Shown piece by piece: positions 41,403 to 50,229 of a stretch of DNA of 64,000 nucleotides. The position numbers and the translations under genes are program-made. The notes beneath the pieces were generated by a model. That model made no database searches, was not told the DNA's origin, and saw nothing but the letters and a program-made list of their open reading frames with translations. Within the stretch, counting starts at the first letter, position 1, and each line of letters begins with the position of its first letter. The stretch comes from Chthoniobacteraceae bacterium (GTDB lineage Bacteria > Verrucomicrobiota > Verrucomicrobiia > Chthoniobacterales > Chthoniobacteraceae). The stretch covers positions 1 through 64,000 of the forward strand of contig JANNWY010000186.1 in NCBI GenBank assembly GCA_031409335.1. The letters are read 5' to 3'.

Positions 41403-43232
41403 TCAAGTCAGCACACGCTCCAGCAGCGAATTCAGCCGGTTCAGCATCGCGCGCGGGTCTTCGAGCAGGCCCGCGCTGACGAGCGCGTTGTCGTAGATTT
41501 GCTCGGCGACTTGCTCGGCGAGGGGCTTGTCGGTGTGGCGGATTCTTTCGAGGCGCACGATCATCGCGTTGTCGGGATTGATCTCGAAATCGGGCGCGGC
41601 TTCCATGTCGGGAGCGCCTTCGGGCTTCATCATCTTCATCATGCGCCGCATCGACGACGTCATGTGCATGTCGCTATCGACGACGACGGCGGGGCTGCCG
41701 ACGAGGCGCTTGGAGGTGCGCACTTCGCCGACCCGTTGCCCGAGCGTTTCCTTGATGAAATTTGCCAGCAGCCGCGCGTCATCCGCACTCAGGCCGGTGG
41801 ATTCCTTGTCGAGTTTCAGGTCGGCTTTTTCCGCGGCGACGACGCGCTTTTTCTCGAACTCGCGCAGGTGCTCCATCACGAATTCATCCCGCGGATCGAG
41901 CGGGAAAAGCACCTCGTATTTCTTCTCGCGGAACACTTCGTAATACGGGCTTGTCTCCGCGGATTCGCGGCTGGTGCCGAGCAGATAGTAGATTTCCTTT
42001 TGCTCCTCGGGCATCCGGCTCACGTAGTCCGCGAGCGATGTGCTCCTGCCCTTTTCAGTGTGCGACGACTCGAAGCGCAGCAGCTTTCCGAGCGCCTCGC
42101 GATGCGTCCAGTCGGTCGCGATTCCCTCCTTCAGGCAATGGCCGTGTTCCTTGAAAAAGCGGTCGTATTTCTCCGGGTCCTCCTTCGCCTGTTCGTCGAG
42201 GAATTTGATGAAACGCTTCGTCAGCACATCGTTCAGCTTCCTGAGCAGCGCACTGTCCTGCATCGTCTCGCGCGAGATATTGAGCGGTAGATCTTCGCTA
42301 TCGACCACGCCCTTCAGGAAGCGCAGCCAGTCGGGGAACAGCTTCTTGGCCTTTGGCTGGATGAGGATCTTCCGGCAATACAAGTTCACCTCGCTCTCGT
42401 CCTGCGCCATGCGCATCAGCTCGAAGTTTTTCTCCGGCACGTAAAGCAGCGCGCGGATGGAAATCGGCGCGTCCGCATTGAAGTGCAGCCGGTAGGCCGG
42501 CGCGTCCGTCGAGTGTCCGATGTATTTGTAAAACTCCTCGTATTCCCCGTCGGTGATCTCGCTTTTATTTTTCGTCCAAAGCGCCTGCACGGTGTTCACC
42601 GCGTTGCCGTTCAGCTCGATCGGGAACTGCACGAAATTCGAGTAGTGCTTGATGATCTGCTCGATGCGCGACGCGGTCGCGAACTCGGTGTCGCGCAAGT
42701 TCAGCACGATCTTCGTGCCGCGATCGAGTTCGCCGGCGGGCTCGATTTCGTAGCCGGTTTTTCCGTCGCTGGTCCACAGCCAGCCCGTTTCTCCCGGCAG
42801 GTACGAGCGCGTGAAAACGGTGACTTTTTCCGCGACCATAAACGCCGAATAAAAGCCGACGCCAAACTGCCCGATGAGGCTCGCGTCATCCTTGCTGGCC
42901 TTGAGTTGTTCCAGAAATGCCTTCGATCCCGAGTGCGCGATGGTGCCGAGATTTTCGACCAGCTCCGCGTGCGTCATGCCGAGCCCGGCATCGGTGAAAG
43001 TGATCGTCTTACCCGTGTCATCGGTCGCGACGCTGATCTGCAGCGGCAGCTCCGGCGTGACGTTCTCGGTGCCGGAAGTCTGGAGGAATTTCAGCTTCTC
43101 GGTCGCATCCGCCGCGTTCGAGATGAGTTCGCGGACGAAGATTTCCTTGTCCGTGTAAAGCGAGTGAATGACGAGATCGAGCAACTGCGCGATCTCGGCC
43201 TGGAAGGCGTGTTTTTCGATGGTCGATGACAT
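41403..43232 (-). CDS. htpG: Molecular chaperone HtpG (Hsp90)
   Basis: HAFQAEI..IHSLY, RELISNA, LGTIAHSG, IGQFGVGFYSAF, GVVDSEDLPLNISRE. Confidence 0.97.
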   Translation of the reverse strand: MSSTIEKHAFQAEIAQLLDLVIHSLYTDKEIFVRELISNAADATEKLKFLQTSGTENVTPELPLQISVATDDTGKTITFTDAGLGMTHAELVENLGTIAHSGSKAFLEQLKASKDDASLIGQFGVGFYSAFMVAEKVTVFTRSYLPGETGWLWTSDGKTGYEIEPAGELDRGTKIVLNLRDTEFATASRIEQIIKHYSNFVQFPIELNGNAVNTVQALWTKNKSEITDGEYEEFYKYIGHSTDAPAYRLHFNADAPISIRALLYVPEKNFELMRMAQDESEVNLYCRKILIQPKAKKLFPDWLRFLKGVVDSEDLPLNISRETMQDSALLRKLNDVLTKRFIKFLDEQAKEDPEKYDRFFKEHGHCLKEGIATDWTHREALGKLLRFESSHTEKGRSTSLADYVSRMPEEQKEIYYLLGTSRESAETSPYYEVFREKKYEVLFPLDPRDEFVMEHLREFEKKRVVAAEKADLKLDKESTGLSADDARLLANFIKETLGQRVGEVRTSKRLVGSPAVVVDSDMHMTSSMRRMMKMMKPEGAPDMEAAPDFEINPDNAMIVRLERIRHTDKPLAEQVAEQIYDNALVSAGLLEDPRAMLNRLNSLLERVLT

Positions 43233-43451
43233 ACGGGCGCGCATGATATTGACGCGCGGCGAGTGCGCAAGAGCGGCAGAGCGCCGCCCTTCCCTCCCCC
43301 ACCTTAAAGCCGGCTGGTTTCACCCATTCGGAAGCATCCCTGAAAACCAGCGACTCGCTGGAAACGTCCACTCGGTTCGCCACCATGCTTCGTGATTTGC
43401 GAAAATAGTCTCCCGGCCCTGATGCCACGCGCCGCGCGAGCGCTTTTCAAA

Positions 43452-43544
43452 ACGCCGAAGGCTCTGGACTGCGGTGATTCCTTCACCGCTTTCCCATCGC
43501 GCCAAAAGCGCGGAGGAACCGCAGCAGTCCAGAGCCTTCGGCGT
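43452..43544. repeat. REP-doublet-like palindrome, copy 2 (same family as 41300-41402)
   Basis: Perfect outer 21-bp IR acgccgaaggctctggactgc / gcagtccagagccttcggcgt. Confidence 0.9.
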
Positions 43545-44227
43545 CACCGACTGCTCGCGATGGCGATGAGGTGGCGCAGCTCGTCCGCCGCGTCGCCGGG
43601 ATCGCTCACCGTTGCGGCGACTTCGGCGCGGATGATTTCCCGGAAGCGCGTGCGCAAGCGGTGGATCGCCACCTTCACCGCCGTCTCGCTCATGCCGAGC
43701 GCGCGTGCTGCTTCCGCTTGCGAACAGTCCGCGCCACCATCGAGCCACGGTTTGAGCGCGGGGAAATGCGCAGGCTTTTCTGCTTCCAACGCGGCAAGCG
43801 CGCGGGCGATGAGCGTGAAGGCCCACTCGCGATCGAAGGCGAGCGCATCATCCGGCGCGGCGGGCAGCGACAGACCGGCGGCGGTGTCGGTCGTCAGCGC
43901 GATGTGCTCCGCGCCAGCCCCGCGCTTTTCGGCGATGGCGGCAGCGCGATATTTGGAAAGGAAATGTTTCAGCGCGCCGAGCAGGTAGCTGCGAAATCGC
44001 CCGCGCTCCCGCTCCGGAGCGCCGACTCCGCCCGCGAGCAGCCCGGCGAAAAGGGCGTGCGCCATTTCCCGCGCCGCATCCTCATCGCGTCCCTCGCGCC
44101 TGAGAAACGCGACGACCGGCGCGTAGTACGCCGCGCACAAATCCGACAGCGCCGCCCGCGCCTCCGCGCCCTCGCCGCGCGCGCGGAGGACGAGCGTCCA
44201 GCGGGTTTCTTGGAAGGCGGCAGTCAT
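43544..44227 (-). CDS. ECF sigma-70 factor (kinase-associated PVC type)
   Basis: F.ETRWTLV, LC.AYY.PV, RGRFRSYL, FDREWA, AARALGMSETAVKVAIHRLR. Confidence 0.92.
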   Translation of the reverse strand: MTAAFQETRWTLVLRARGEGAEARAALSDLCAAYYAPVVAFLRREGRDEDAAREMAHALFAGLLAGGVGAPERERGRFRSYLLGALKHFLSKYRAAAIAEKRGAGAEHIALTTDTAAGLSLPAAPDDALAFDREWAFTLIARALAALEAEKPAHFPALKPWLDGGADCSQAEAARALGMSETAVKVAIHRLRTRFREIIRAEVAATVSDPGDAADELRHLIAIASSR

Positions 44228-44230
44228 GCT

Positions 44231-44259
44231 TTGACAGTGCTGGCACGATACGGAAATCT
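44231..44259 (+). promoter_or_regulatory. Putative sigma70 promoter of the TA module (possibly leaderless)
   Basis: TTGACA-N17-AAATCT ending just upstream of the antitoxin ATG at 44266; GTGC-TG-GCAC dyad in the spacer. Confidence 0.4.
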
Positions 44260-44265
44260 TCGAGC

Positions 44266-44505
44266 ATGAAAACGGCAACGCTGAACGACCTGCAAACCCG
44301 GCTCGACACCGTGCTCGATTGGGTGCGGAGCGGCGAGGATGTGGTGGTGAAAGGCGAGCCTGTCACGCCGGTCGCGCCGCAGGACGAAAAGAAAGTCGAT
44401 TGGAGTAAGAGCGCCGCGTTCCGTGACCGCACGGGCGAGCCGATGCTGAAAATGTCGAAGGAGGAACTCCAGGAGTTTTACGGTGACATGCGCGGGAGTT
44501 ACTAA
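44266..44505 (+). CDS. Phd/YefM-like antitoxin
   Basis: MKTATLNDLQTRLDTVLDWVRSGEDVVV..GEPV; directly upstream of a PIN gene. Confidence 0.85.
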   Translation: MKTATLNDLQTRLDTVLDWVRSGEDVVVKGEPVTPVAPQDEKKVDWSKSAAFRDRTGEPMLKMSKEELQEFYGDMRGSY

Positions 44506-44517
44506 AAGCCACGCGGG

Positions 44518-44949
44518 ATGATCTGCGCGGACACGAGTTTCCTGATTTCCCTTTACGGAAATGACGAACACAGCGCGGCGGCTCGCACCCTTCGCGCGGC
44601 ATCGGATGGGCCGCTCGTGGTGCATCCGATCATTGATTTCGAATACGCCAACGCCGTGCGCGCGCTCGTTTTCCGACGCAAAATAGAGCCGGAGCAATGC
44701 GACCAGTGGCTCGAATACTACGAAGCAGAAAAACGGCGCGGCTTTTTGTTGAACGCAGTGCTCGATCAGAATGCGGTCTTCGATGCCGCGGCGGAAATCT
44801 CGGCCAGACACACGCGCACCACCGGAAACCGTGCCTACGATGTCCTCCACATTGCCGCCGCCAAAATTCTCGCAGCGACGGAATTCTGGAGCTTCGACGG
44901 CCGGCAGCGCGCCCTCGCTGCGGCGGAGGGGCTGACGGTCGGCCCTTGA
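44518..44949 (+). CDS. vapC: VapC PIN-domain toxin
   Basis: ICADTSFL, FEYANA, RAYDVLHIAAA, FWSFDGRQ acidic tetrad. Confidence 0.92.
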   Translation: MICADTSFLISLYGNDEHSAAARTLRAASDGPLVVHPIIDFEYANAVRALVFRRKIEPEQCDQWLEYYEAEKRRGFLLNAVLDQNAVFDAAAEISARHTRTTGNRAYDVLHIAAAKILAATEFWSFDGRQRALAAAEGLTVGP

Positions 44950-45027
44950 TCCTGCGGCGTCCCCGCCGCTCGCGCGCAGCACGAGCTTCCTGCGCGTCGG
45001 GTAAAAGGCGTCGGTGGCGGGGGTCAT
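44941..45027 (-). pseudogene. Relic N-terminus of the ECF sigma gene, coupled to the kinase stop
   Basis: MTPATDAFYPTRRKLVLRASGGDAAGSRA versus sigma MTAAFQETRWTLVLRARGEGAEARAA. Confidence 0.75.
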
Positions 45028-47213
45028 TGGCCGTTCTTTGCCGACTCGGGGAATAGCTGTTCGAGGTTCGGCATGGTGAAGAACTCCGGACGTTCCGGAA
45101 CGGTCGCGGCCTTGATCACTCGATATGTCGAGCCCTGCCCCAAGGCTTTCAGTCTATCGCCGATGAGTTGCGTGAGTTCGTTCGCCTTGGCCGCCGCCAC
45201 TTCCGCCAAGGGAACCGCGTAGGAACGTGCGTTGAATTGTCCGGCGACCGGCGCGGCATCGGCGAAAAACTGTTCGACCTCGAAGGCGGAGTTCTCCGGC
45301 AGAACACCTCGAAGGATCCGCAACGGGTCGCCCTCGGCGGGGCGGAATTCGACGCGCGCAGTCGCCCGGTACGGCGCCGACATTTGCGAGAAATTAAGGC
45401 ACCGCCCTTTCTCGACCGAAATGAAGCACTGAATGAAAATTCTTTTCCCCTCCCGCTCCCGCTCGAACCAATACATGGGCTGCGGTGCCCTGCGGTCGGG
45501 CTGTGCTCCCAATCGCTTCTCTGCGCCCGTCCGCCAGACTCCCACGATTTTCCCGGTGAATACGTCCAGCCGTTCCGCGACGTACCTTTCCACCTCGGAA
45601 CGAGCCCCAGAGACGTTCATCGCGAGGTAGCGTTTGAAGCCTTCCTTGTCGTTGGCATTCGCCAGCTCGTTCATGCGGAGAATGGTTTCCAATGGCGAAT
45701 CTCCACCACGCGGATTGGACGTGTCGACTTCGATGTCTTCCATCTGGGCGACGCGAGGAACCCCCGGATCAGCTACGGATCCCTGCGCGGGAGAAGGCGT
45801 GATCACGACTCGACGTTTTGAAGGCACCGGAGCCGCAGATTTCGCGTCTGTCTGCGGGGAAATTTGCTGAGGCTCGGGAAGCCCAGTGTTCGATGCCTGC
45901 CTGCGCTGCAACTCCGCCTCCGCCTGCGCCATGGCCGCACGCATGGCGTCTCGTTCAGCATGCATTGCCGCCATTCCCCGGCGCATCGGCATGATCCAAA
46001 GACCGGCGGCGAAAACAAACATGACCGAAGCGACCACCGGCGACCATACCAGCACGCGCAGGCCAGGACGCCAGATCGGTGGGATTTGATCGCGTCGCAT
46101 CTTGGCGAGGGCGATGCACGCGCCGATGAAACCCAGCACGATGGCGACGATTGCGAACGTCAGCAGGACGCCTTGCGTGGAACCGTGGGTAAACACCGAC
46201 GCCGCGCCGAACATCACGATGCCGCCGAGCGCGAGCCCGATGCTCCACTTCGTGATCGGTGTCGGCTCTTCTTCGCTGCGGACGGGTGCGCGCTCCCCGG
46301 CGGTGGGCGCCGCGCGGGCAACCTCCGTCTTCACCTCCTCGGCGCTCTGCTGGCGGAGGCTGCGTTCCTTTTCCAAAGTCTGGAGCACGATCTCGTCGAT
46401 GCGCGCGCTGACCGCCGCGCGCTCGCTCGGCGCGGGGAAACGGCCCAGCGGCAGTTCACCGGTGAGCATTTCGTAGATGACCACGCCGAGGCTGTAGATG
46501 TCCGCACGGTGGTCCACGTCGTGCGGTTTTTCGTGCTGCTCGGGGGCCATGTAGGCAGCACTGCCGAGCGCGGCGCCCGTGGCCGTGAGCGTGAAATCGC
46601 GCCCTGGATCGCCGACGATGCGCGCGATGCCGAAGTCCACGATTTTCACGCCGCCCTGGGCGTCGAGGAGGATGTTCTCGGGCTTGATGTCGCGGTGCCA
46701 CACGCCCTGCGCGTGCGCCGCCTGGAGCGCGTCGCAGATGCCCGGCACCACACCGAGCGCCTGCTGCGGAGTGAATCGGCCGGCACGCATCGCCTGGCGG
46801 AGATTCACGCCGTCCACGAATTCCATGAGCAGGTAGAAAAAGCCGCCGCTCGTACCGTGCTCGAAGACGGTGACGATGTTCGGGTGGTTCAGCTTTCCTA
46901 GCACCCTCGCCTCGCGGGCAAAGCACTCGGCAAACGCCGGATCGCGCCCCAACTCGGGCGAGAGGATTTTCAGCGCGACGGTGCGATCCAGACTCGGCTG
47001 CCGCACTTTGTAGACAAAGCCCATGCCGCCCTGGCCGATGAGCGATTCGATTTCGAGCTGGGGAAACGCGGACGCGATTTCCGCGAGCGCGGGCGCGGCG
47101 CGACCGGCGGGCGCGGGCTCATCCGCATCGCGCAGGATGCACGCGGGGCAGAGGCCGCCCGGCGCATTCGCCGGGATGGGAGTTTTGCAGGCGGGACAGA
47201 TTTTGGTGTTCAC
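45024..47213 (-). CDS. Membrane Hanks-type Ser/Thr kinase with N-terminal zinc ribbon
   Basis: CPAC..CPAC, IGQGGMGFVY, VALK, HRDIKPEN, DFG, YMAPE, DIYSLG; three TM segments. Confidence 0.95.
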   Translation of the reverse strand: MNTKICPACKTPIPANAPGGLCPACILRDADEPAPAGRAAPALAEIASAFPQLEIESLIGQGGMGFVYKVRQPSLDRTVALKILSPELGRDPAFAECFAREARVLGKLNHPNIVTVFEHGTSGGFFYLLMEFVDGVNLRQAMRAGRFTPQQALGVVPGICDALQAAHAQGVWHRDIKPENILLDAQGGVKIVDFGIARIVGDPGRDFTLTATGAALGSAAYMAPEQHEKPHDVDHRADIYSLGVVIYEMLTGELPLGRFPAPSERAAVSARIDEIVLQTLEKERSLRQQSAEEVKTEVARAAPTAGERAPVRSEEEPTPITKWSIGLALGGIVMFGAASVFTHGSTQGVLLTFAIVAIVLGFIGACIALAKMRRDQIPPIWRPGLRVLVWSPVVASVMFVFAAGLWIMPMRRGMAAMHAERDAMRAAMAQAEAELQRRQASNTGLPEPQQISPQTDAKSAAPVPSKRRVVITPSPAQGSVADPGVPRVAQMEDIEVDTSNPRGGDSPLETILRMNELANANDKEGFKRYLAMNVSGARSEVERYVAERLDVFTGKIVGVWRTGAEKRLGAQPDRRAPQPMYWFEREREGKRIFIQCFISVEKGRCLNFSQMSAPYRATARVEFRPAEGDPLRILRGVLPENSAFEVEQFFADAAPVAGQFNARSYAVPLAEVAAAKANELTQLIGDRLKALGQGSTYRVIKAATVPERPEFFTMPNLEQLFPESAKNGQ

Positions 47214-47321
47214 ACAGGTTCCTGACGAATGCAGCGCGCGACGTTACTGGAAATGTTTTGGGGAGCGCGCACGACCGGACATCAGGGTTGAATCGTGACC
47301 CGGCCACTCTAAAGTCAAAAC

Positions 47322-47567
47322 ATGATTCTCGATCAGTTTCCCACGCTTCGCGGACTCGATACGGCTTCGCAGATACAATTGTCCGCAGAACTCTGGGACC
47401 TCGCGATGGACGCCGAGGCCAAGTTCACGCCGGGTGTTTTGGCGGCCCTCGAAGATCGGGTTGCCTACAACGAAAGTCATCCCGATGAAGTCTTCACTGC
47501 CGCCGAAGTGTCCACCCATTTGGCGGAGTTGAAACGCGAGATCGACGCTCGCCGCAAACGTGGCTGA
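47322..47567 (+). CDS. Addiction-module antitoxin (TIGR02574-like)
   Basis: L...QIQLSAELWD, LEDRVAYNESHPDEVFTAAEV; overlaps the toxin start. Confidence 0.75.
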   Translation: MILDQFPTLRGLDTASQIQLSAELWDLAMDAEAKFTPGVLAALEDRVAYNESHPDEVFTAAEVSTHLAELKREIDARRKRG

Positions 47568-47877
47568 GCAAGTCTGGACCGGGAGATTCGATCGTGAGAT
47601 TCAGGACGCATTTGCCCGATTCGAGGAGCGCACCGAGGGCGCGGGCGTTCGCTTCCACGAGCGGCTCTGCCACGAACTCGCACGCTTGGAAAACTTTCCC
47701 CGGCTCATGCGCGTAGGTCGCGCGGGCTCGCGCCGTCTCCCGATTGCGGCGACATCCTTTTGCGTCATTTATCGCTCCGAAGCCCGGGGGATCGTGCGAC
47801 ACGCGCTGATCGATCTCAGGCAGGATCCCGCATCCATCGAGCGAATCATCCGCGAAATCACCGAAGGACTGGAATGA
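47560..47877 (+). CDS. RelE/ParE-family toxin
   Basis: EIQDAFARFE..G.RF..LENFP, RRLPI..FCVIYR..ALIDLRQDP. Confidence 0.78.
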   Translation: MAEQVWTGRFDREIQDAFARFEERTEGAGVRFHERLCHELARLENFPRLMRVGRAGSRRLPIAATSFCVIYRSEARGIVRHALIDLRQDPASIERIIREITEGLE

Positions 47878-49307
47878 TGAGCACGAATCCATTGCGTGAA
47901 GGAACAATGATCGCCCGCCGCCATTTCCTCCGCGAATGCGGCGTTGGCCTTGGCAAGATGGCTTTTGCCGGGCTGCTCACGGACGCGCTGACTTCCAGCA
48001 GTTTGGGAAATGTGCTCGCGCCGAAGCAGCCGCATTTTCCCGCGAAAGCGAAACGCGTGATCCATCTGTTCATGGCCGGCGCGCCTTCGCAGCTCGATCT
48101 TTTCGATTTCAAGCCGGAGCTGACGAAGCTTGCGGGGAAGCCGCTTCCGGCGTCGGTGATCGCGGGGCAGCGGTATGCATTCATCCGGCCCGACGCGGCG
48201 GTGCTCGGGCCGCAGTTTGCGTTTGCGCGGCATGGGCAGAGCGGGGCGGAGATCTCGGAGATGCTGCCGTGGCTGGCGAAAATCGCGGATGAAATCTGTC
48301 TCGTGAAATCGGTGAAGACCGATCAGTTCAATCACGCGCCCGCGCAGATTTTTTTTAACAGCGGCTTCTCGCAGCCGGGTCGGCCTTCGCTCGGATCGTG
48401 GGTGCTTTACGGGCTCGGGGCGGAGACGCAGGAGCTTCCGGCGTTTGTGGTGATGAGCACGGGCAGCGGATTGAGCGGCGGGTCGGCGCTGTGGTCGAGC
48501 GGGTTTTTGCCGTCCACTTTCACGGGCACGCGGCTGCGCGGGCAGGGCGATCCGATTTTGAATGTGTCGAGTCCGGCGGGCGTGGATGCGCGGCTCCAGC
48601 GCGACACGCTCGATCTCGTGGGCGCGCTGAATCGCGAGCGGCTGGCGCGCGAGGGCGACCCGGAAATCGCGACGCGTCTCGTGAACTACGAGATGGCGTT
48701 CAAGCTCCAGACCTCCGCGCCGGAACTCATGGATTTGAAAAGCGAGTCGAAGGAAACGCTCGAGCTTTACGGCTGCGATCCCGCTCAGCCGTCGTTCGCG
48801 CGGGCGTGTCTGCTCGCGCGGCGGATGATCGAGCGCGGCGTGCGGTTCGTGAATATTTACCACGAAGGCTGGGATGCGCATTCCGACGTGGTGGGGAATC
48901 TGAAAGGCAATTGCGCGAAGACGGATCGCGCGAGTGCGGCGCTCGTTTTGGATTTGAAACGGCGTGGTTTGCTCGATGACACGCTGGTGATTTGGGGCGG
49001 TGAATTTGGCCGCACGCCGATGGTCGAGACGAACCCGGCGCTGGGTCGCTCGCTTGGCCGCGATCATCATCCGAGCGCCTACACGATGTGGCTCGCGGGC
49101 GGCGGCGTAAAACCGGGGATGACCTATGGCGCGACGGATGAACTTGGCTTTCACGTTGTCGAAAATCCGGTCCACGTTCACGACATGCAGGCCACGATTT
49201 TGCACCTGCTCGGATTCGATCACGAGAAGCTCACGTATCACCACGCGGGCCGCGACTTTCGCCTCACCGATGTGCATGGCCACGTCGTGAAGGCGCTGCT
49301 CGCGTGA
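47874..49307 (+). CDS. DUF1501 protein (Tat-exported)
   Basis: ARRHFL, AKRVIHLFMAGAPSQLDLFD.KP, WDAH, WGGEFGRTP, GRDHHP, RLTDVHG; ATG overlaps the toxin stop. Confidence 0.93.
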   Translation: MMSTNPLREGTMIARRHFLRECGVGLGKMAFAGLLTDALTSSSLGNVLAPKQPHFPAKAKRVIHLFMAGAPSQLDLFDFKPELTKLAGKPLPASVIAGQRYAFIRPDAAVLGPQFAFARHGQSGAEISEMLPWLAKIADEICLVKSVKTDQFNHAPAQIFFNSGFSQPGRPSLGSWVLYGLGAETQELPAFVVMSTGSGLSGGSALWSSGFLPSTFTGTRLRGQGDPILNVSSPAGVDARLQRDTLDLVGALNRERLAREGDPEIATRLVNYEMAFKLQTSAPELMDLKSESKETLELYGCDPAQPSFARACLLARRMIERGVRFVNIYHEGWDAHSDVVGNLKGNCAKTDRASAALVLDLKRRGLLDDTLVIWGGEFGRTPMVETNPALGRSLGRDHHPSAYTMWLAGGGVKPGMTYGATDELGFHVVENPVHVHDMQATILHLLGFDHEKLTYHHAGRDFRLTDVHGHVVKALLA

Positions 49308-50224
49308 GCACGGTCGCCGCGGAGTTTCACATCACGCCGCCGGACGCGGGTTTGCGGGTCGATCAATTTCTCGCGGCGCGCGTTCCGGCGCTTTCCCGCT
49401 CGCGCATTCAGGATCTCCTGAAGGCTGGTGACGCGCGCGTGAATGGCCGCGAAACCAAGGCCAGCACAAAGCTGCGCGCCGGCGATCACATCACGGTCGC
49501 CGAGCCGCCGCCGAGCGCGGCGACGACGGAAGCCGAGAATATCGCGCTCGATGTGCTGCATGAAGACAGCGATCTCATCGTGCTCAACAAACCCGCCGGC
49601 CTCGTCGTGCATCCCGCGGCGGGCCACTGGCACGGCACGCTCGTGAACGCGCTGTTGCATCACTGCAAAGGTCTCTCCAGCATCGGCGGCGAGGAGCGGC
49701 CTGGCATCGTGCATCGGCTCGACAAGGAAACCAGCGGCTGTCTCGTTGCCGCGAAAAATGACATCGCGCACCGCGCGCTCACGCGGCAATTCGCCGGACG
49801 TGAAGTCATGAAAATCTACCTCGCGCTCGCCGTCGGGGAATTCCGCAACGCCAGCGGCATCATCGAAGGCGCGATCGGACGGCATCCCATTCACCGGAAA
49901 AAAATGACCGTGCTGACCGGCGAACGCGGTCGCGCCGCGCGGACCGACTACCGCGTGCTCGTTAAAATCGCCGCCGGAACGCTCGTCGAATGCACGCTGC
50001 ACACGGGCCGCACGCATCAGATTCGCGTTCACCTGAAACATCTCGGCCACCCGATTCTCGGCGACGAAGTGTATGGCCGCCGCGCCGGATTTAACCGACA
50101 AATGCTGCACGCGTGGAAGCTCGGCTTCACGCATCCCGTCTCGGGCGACCGCATGAATTTCACCGCGCCAATCCCACAGGATTTCCTGGACGCGGGCGTG
50201 GCCGCCGATCCCGCGCCGCGCTGA
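49304..50224 (+). CDS. rluD: RluA/RluD-family pseudouridine synthase with S4 domain
   Basis: RVDQFL..SRSRIQ, NKPAGLVVHP, VHRLDKETSG, TGRTHQIRVH, LHA. Confidence 0.92.
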   Translation: MSTVAAEFHITPPDAGLRVDQFLAARVPALSRSRIQDLLKAGDARVNGRETKASTKLRAGDHITVAEPPPSAATTEAENIALDVLHEDSDLIVLNKPAGLVVHPAAGHWHGTLVNALLHHCKGLSSIGGEERPGIVHRLDKETSGCLVAAKNDIAHRALTRQFAGREVMKIYLALAVGEFRNASGIIEGAIGRHPIHRKKMTVLTGERGRAARTDYRVLVKIAAGTLVECTLHTGRTHQIRVHLKHLGHPILGDEVYGRRAGFNRQMLHAWKLGFTHPVSGDRMNFTAPIPQDFLDAGVAADPAPR

Positions 50225-50229
50225 AAGCG

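Noticed and set aside
43233..43450. htpG upstream region checked for a CIRCE operator or small gene
   Set aside because: No TTAGCACTC-N9-GAGTGCTAA seen; the ORFs are not credible
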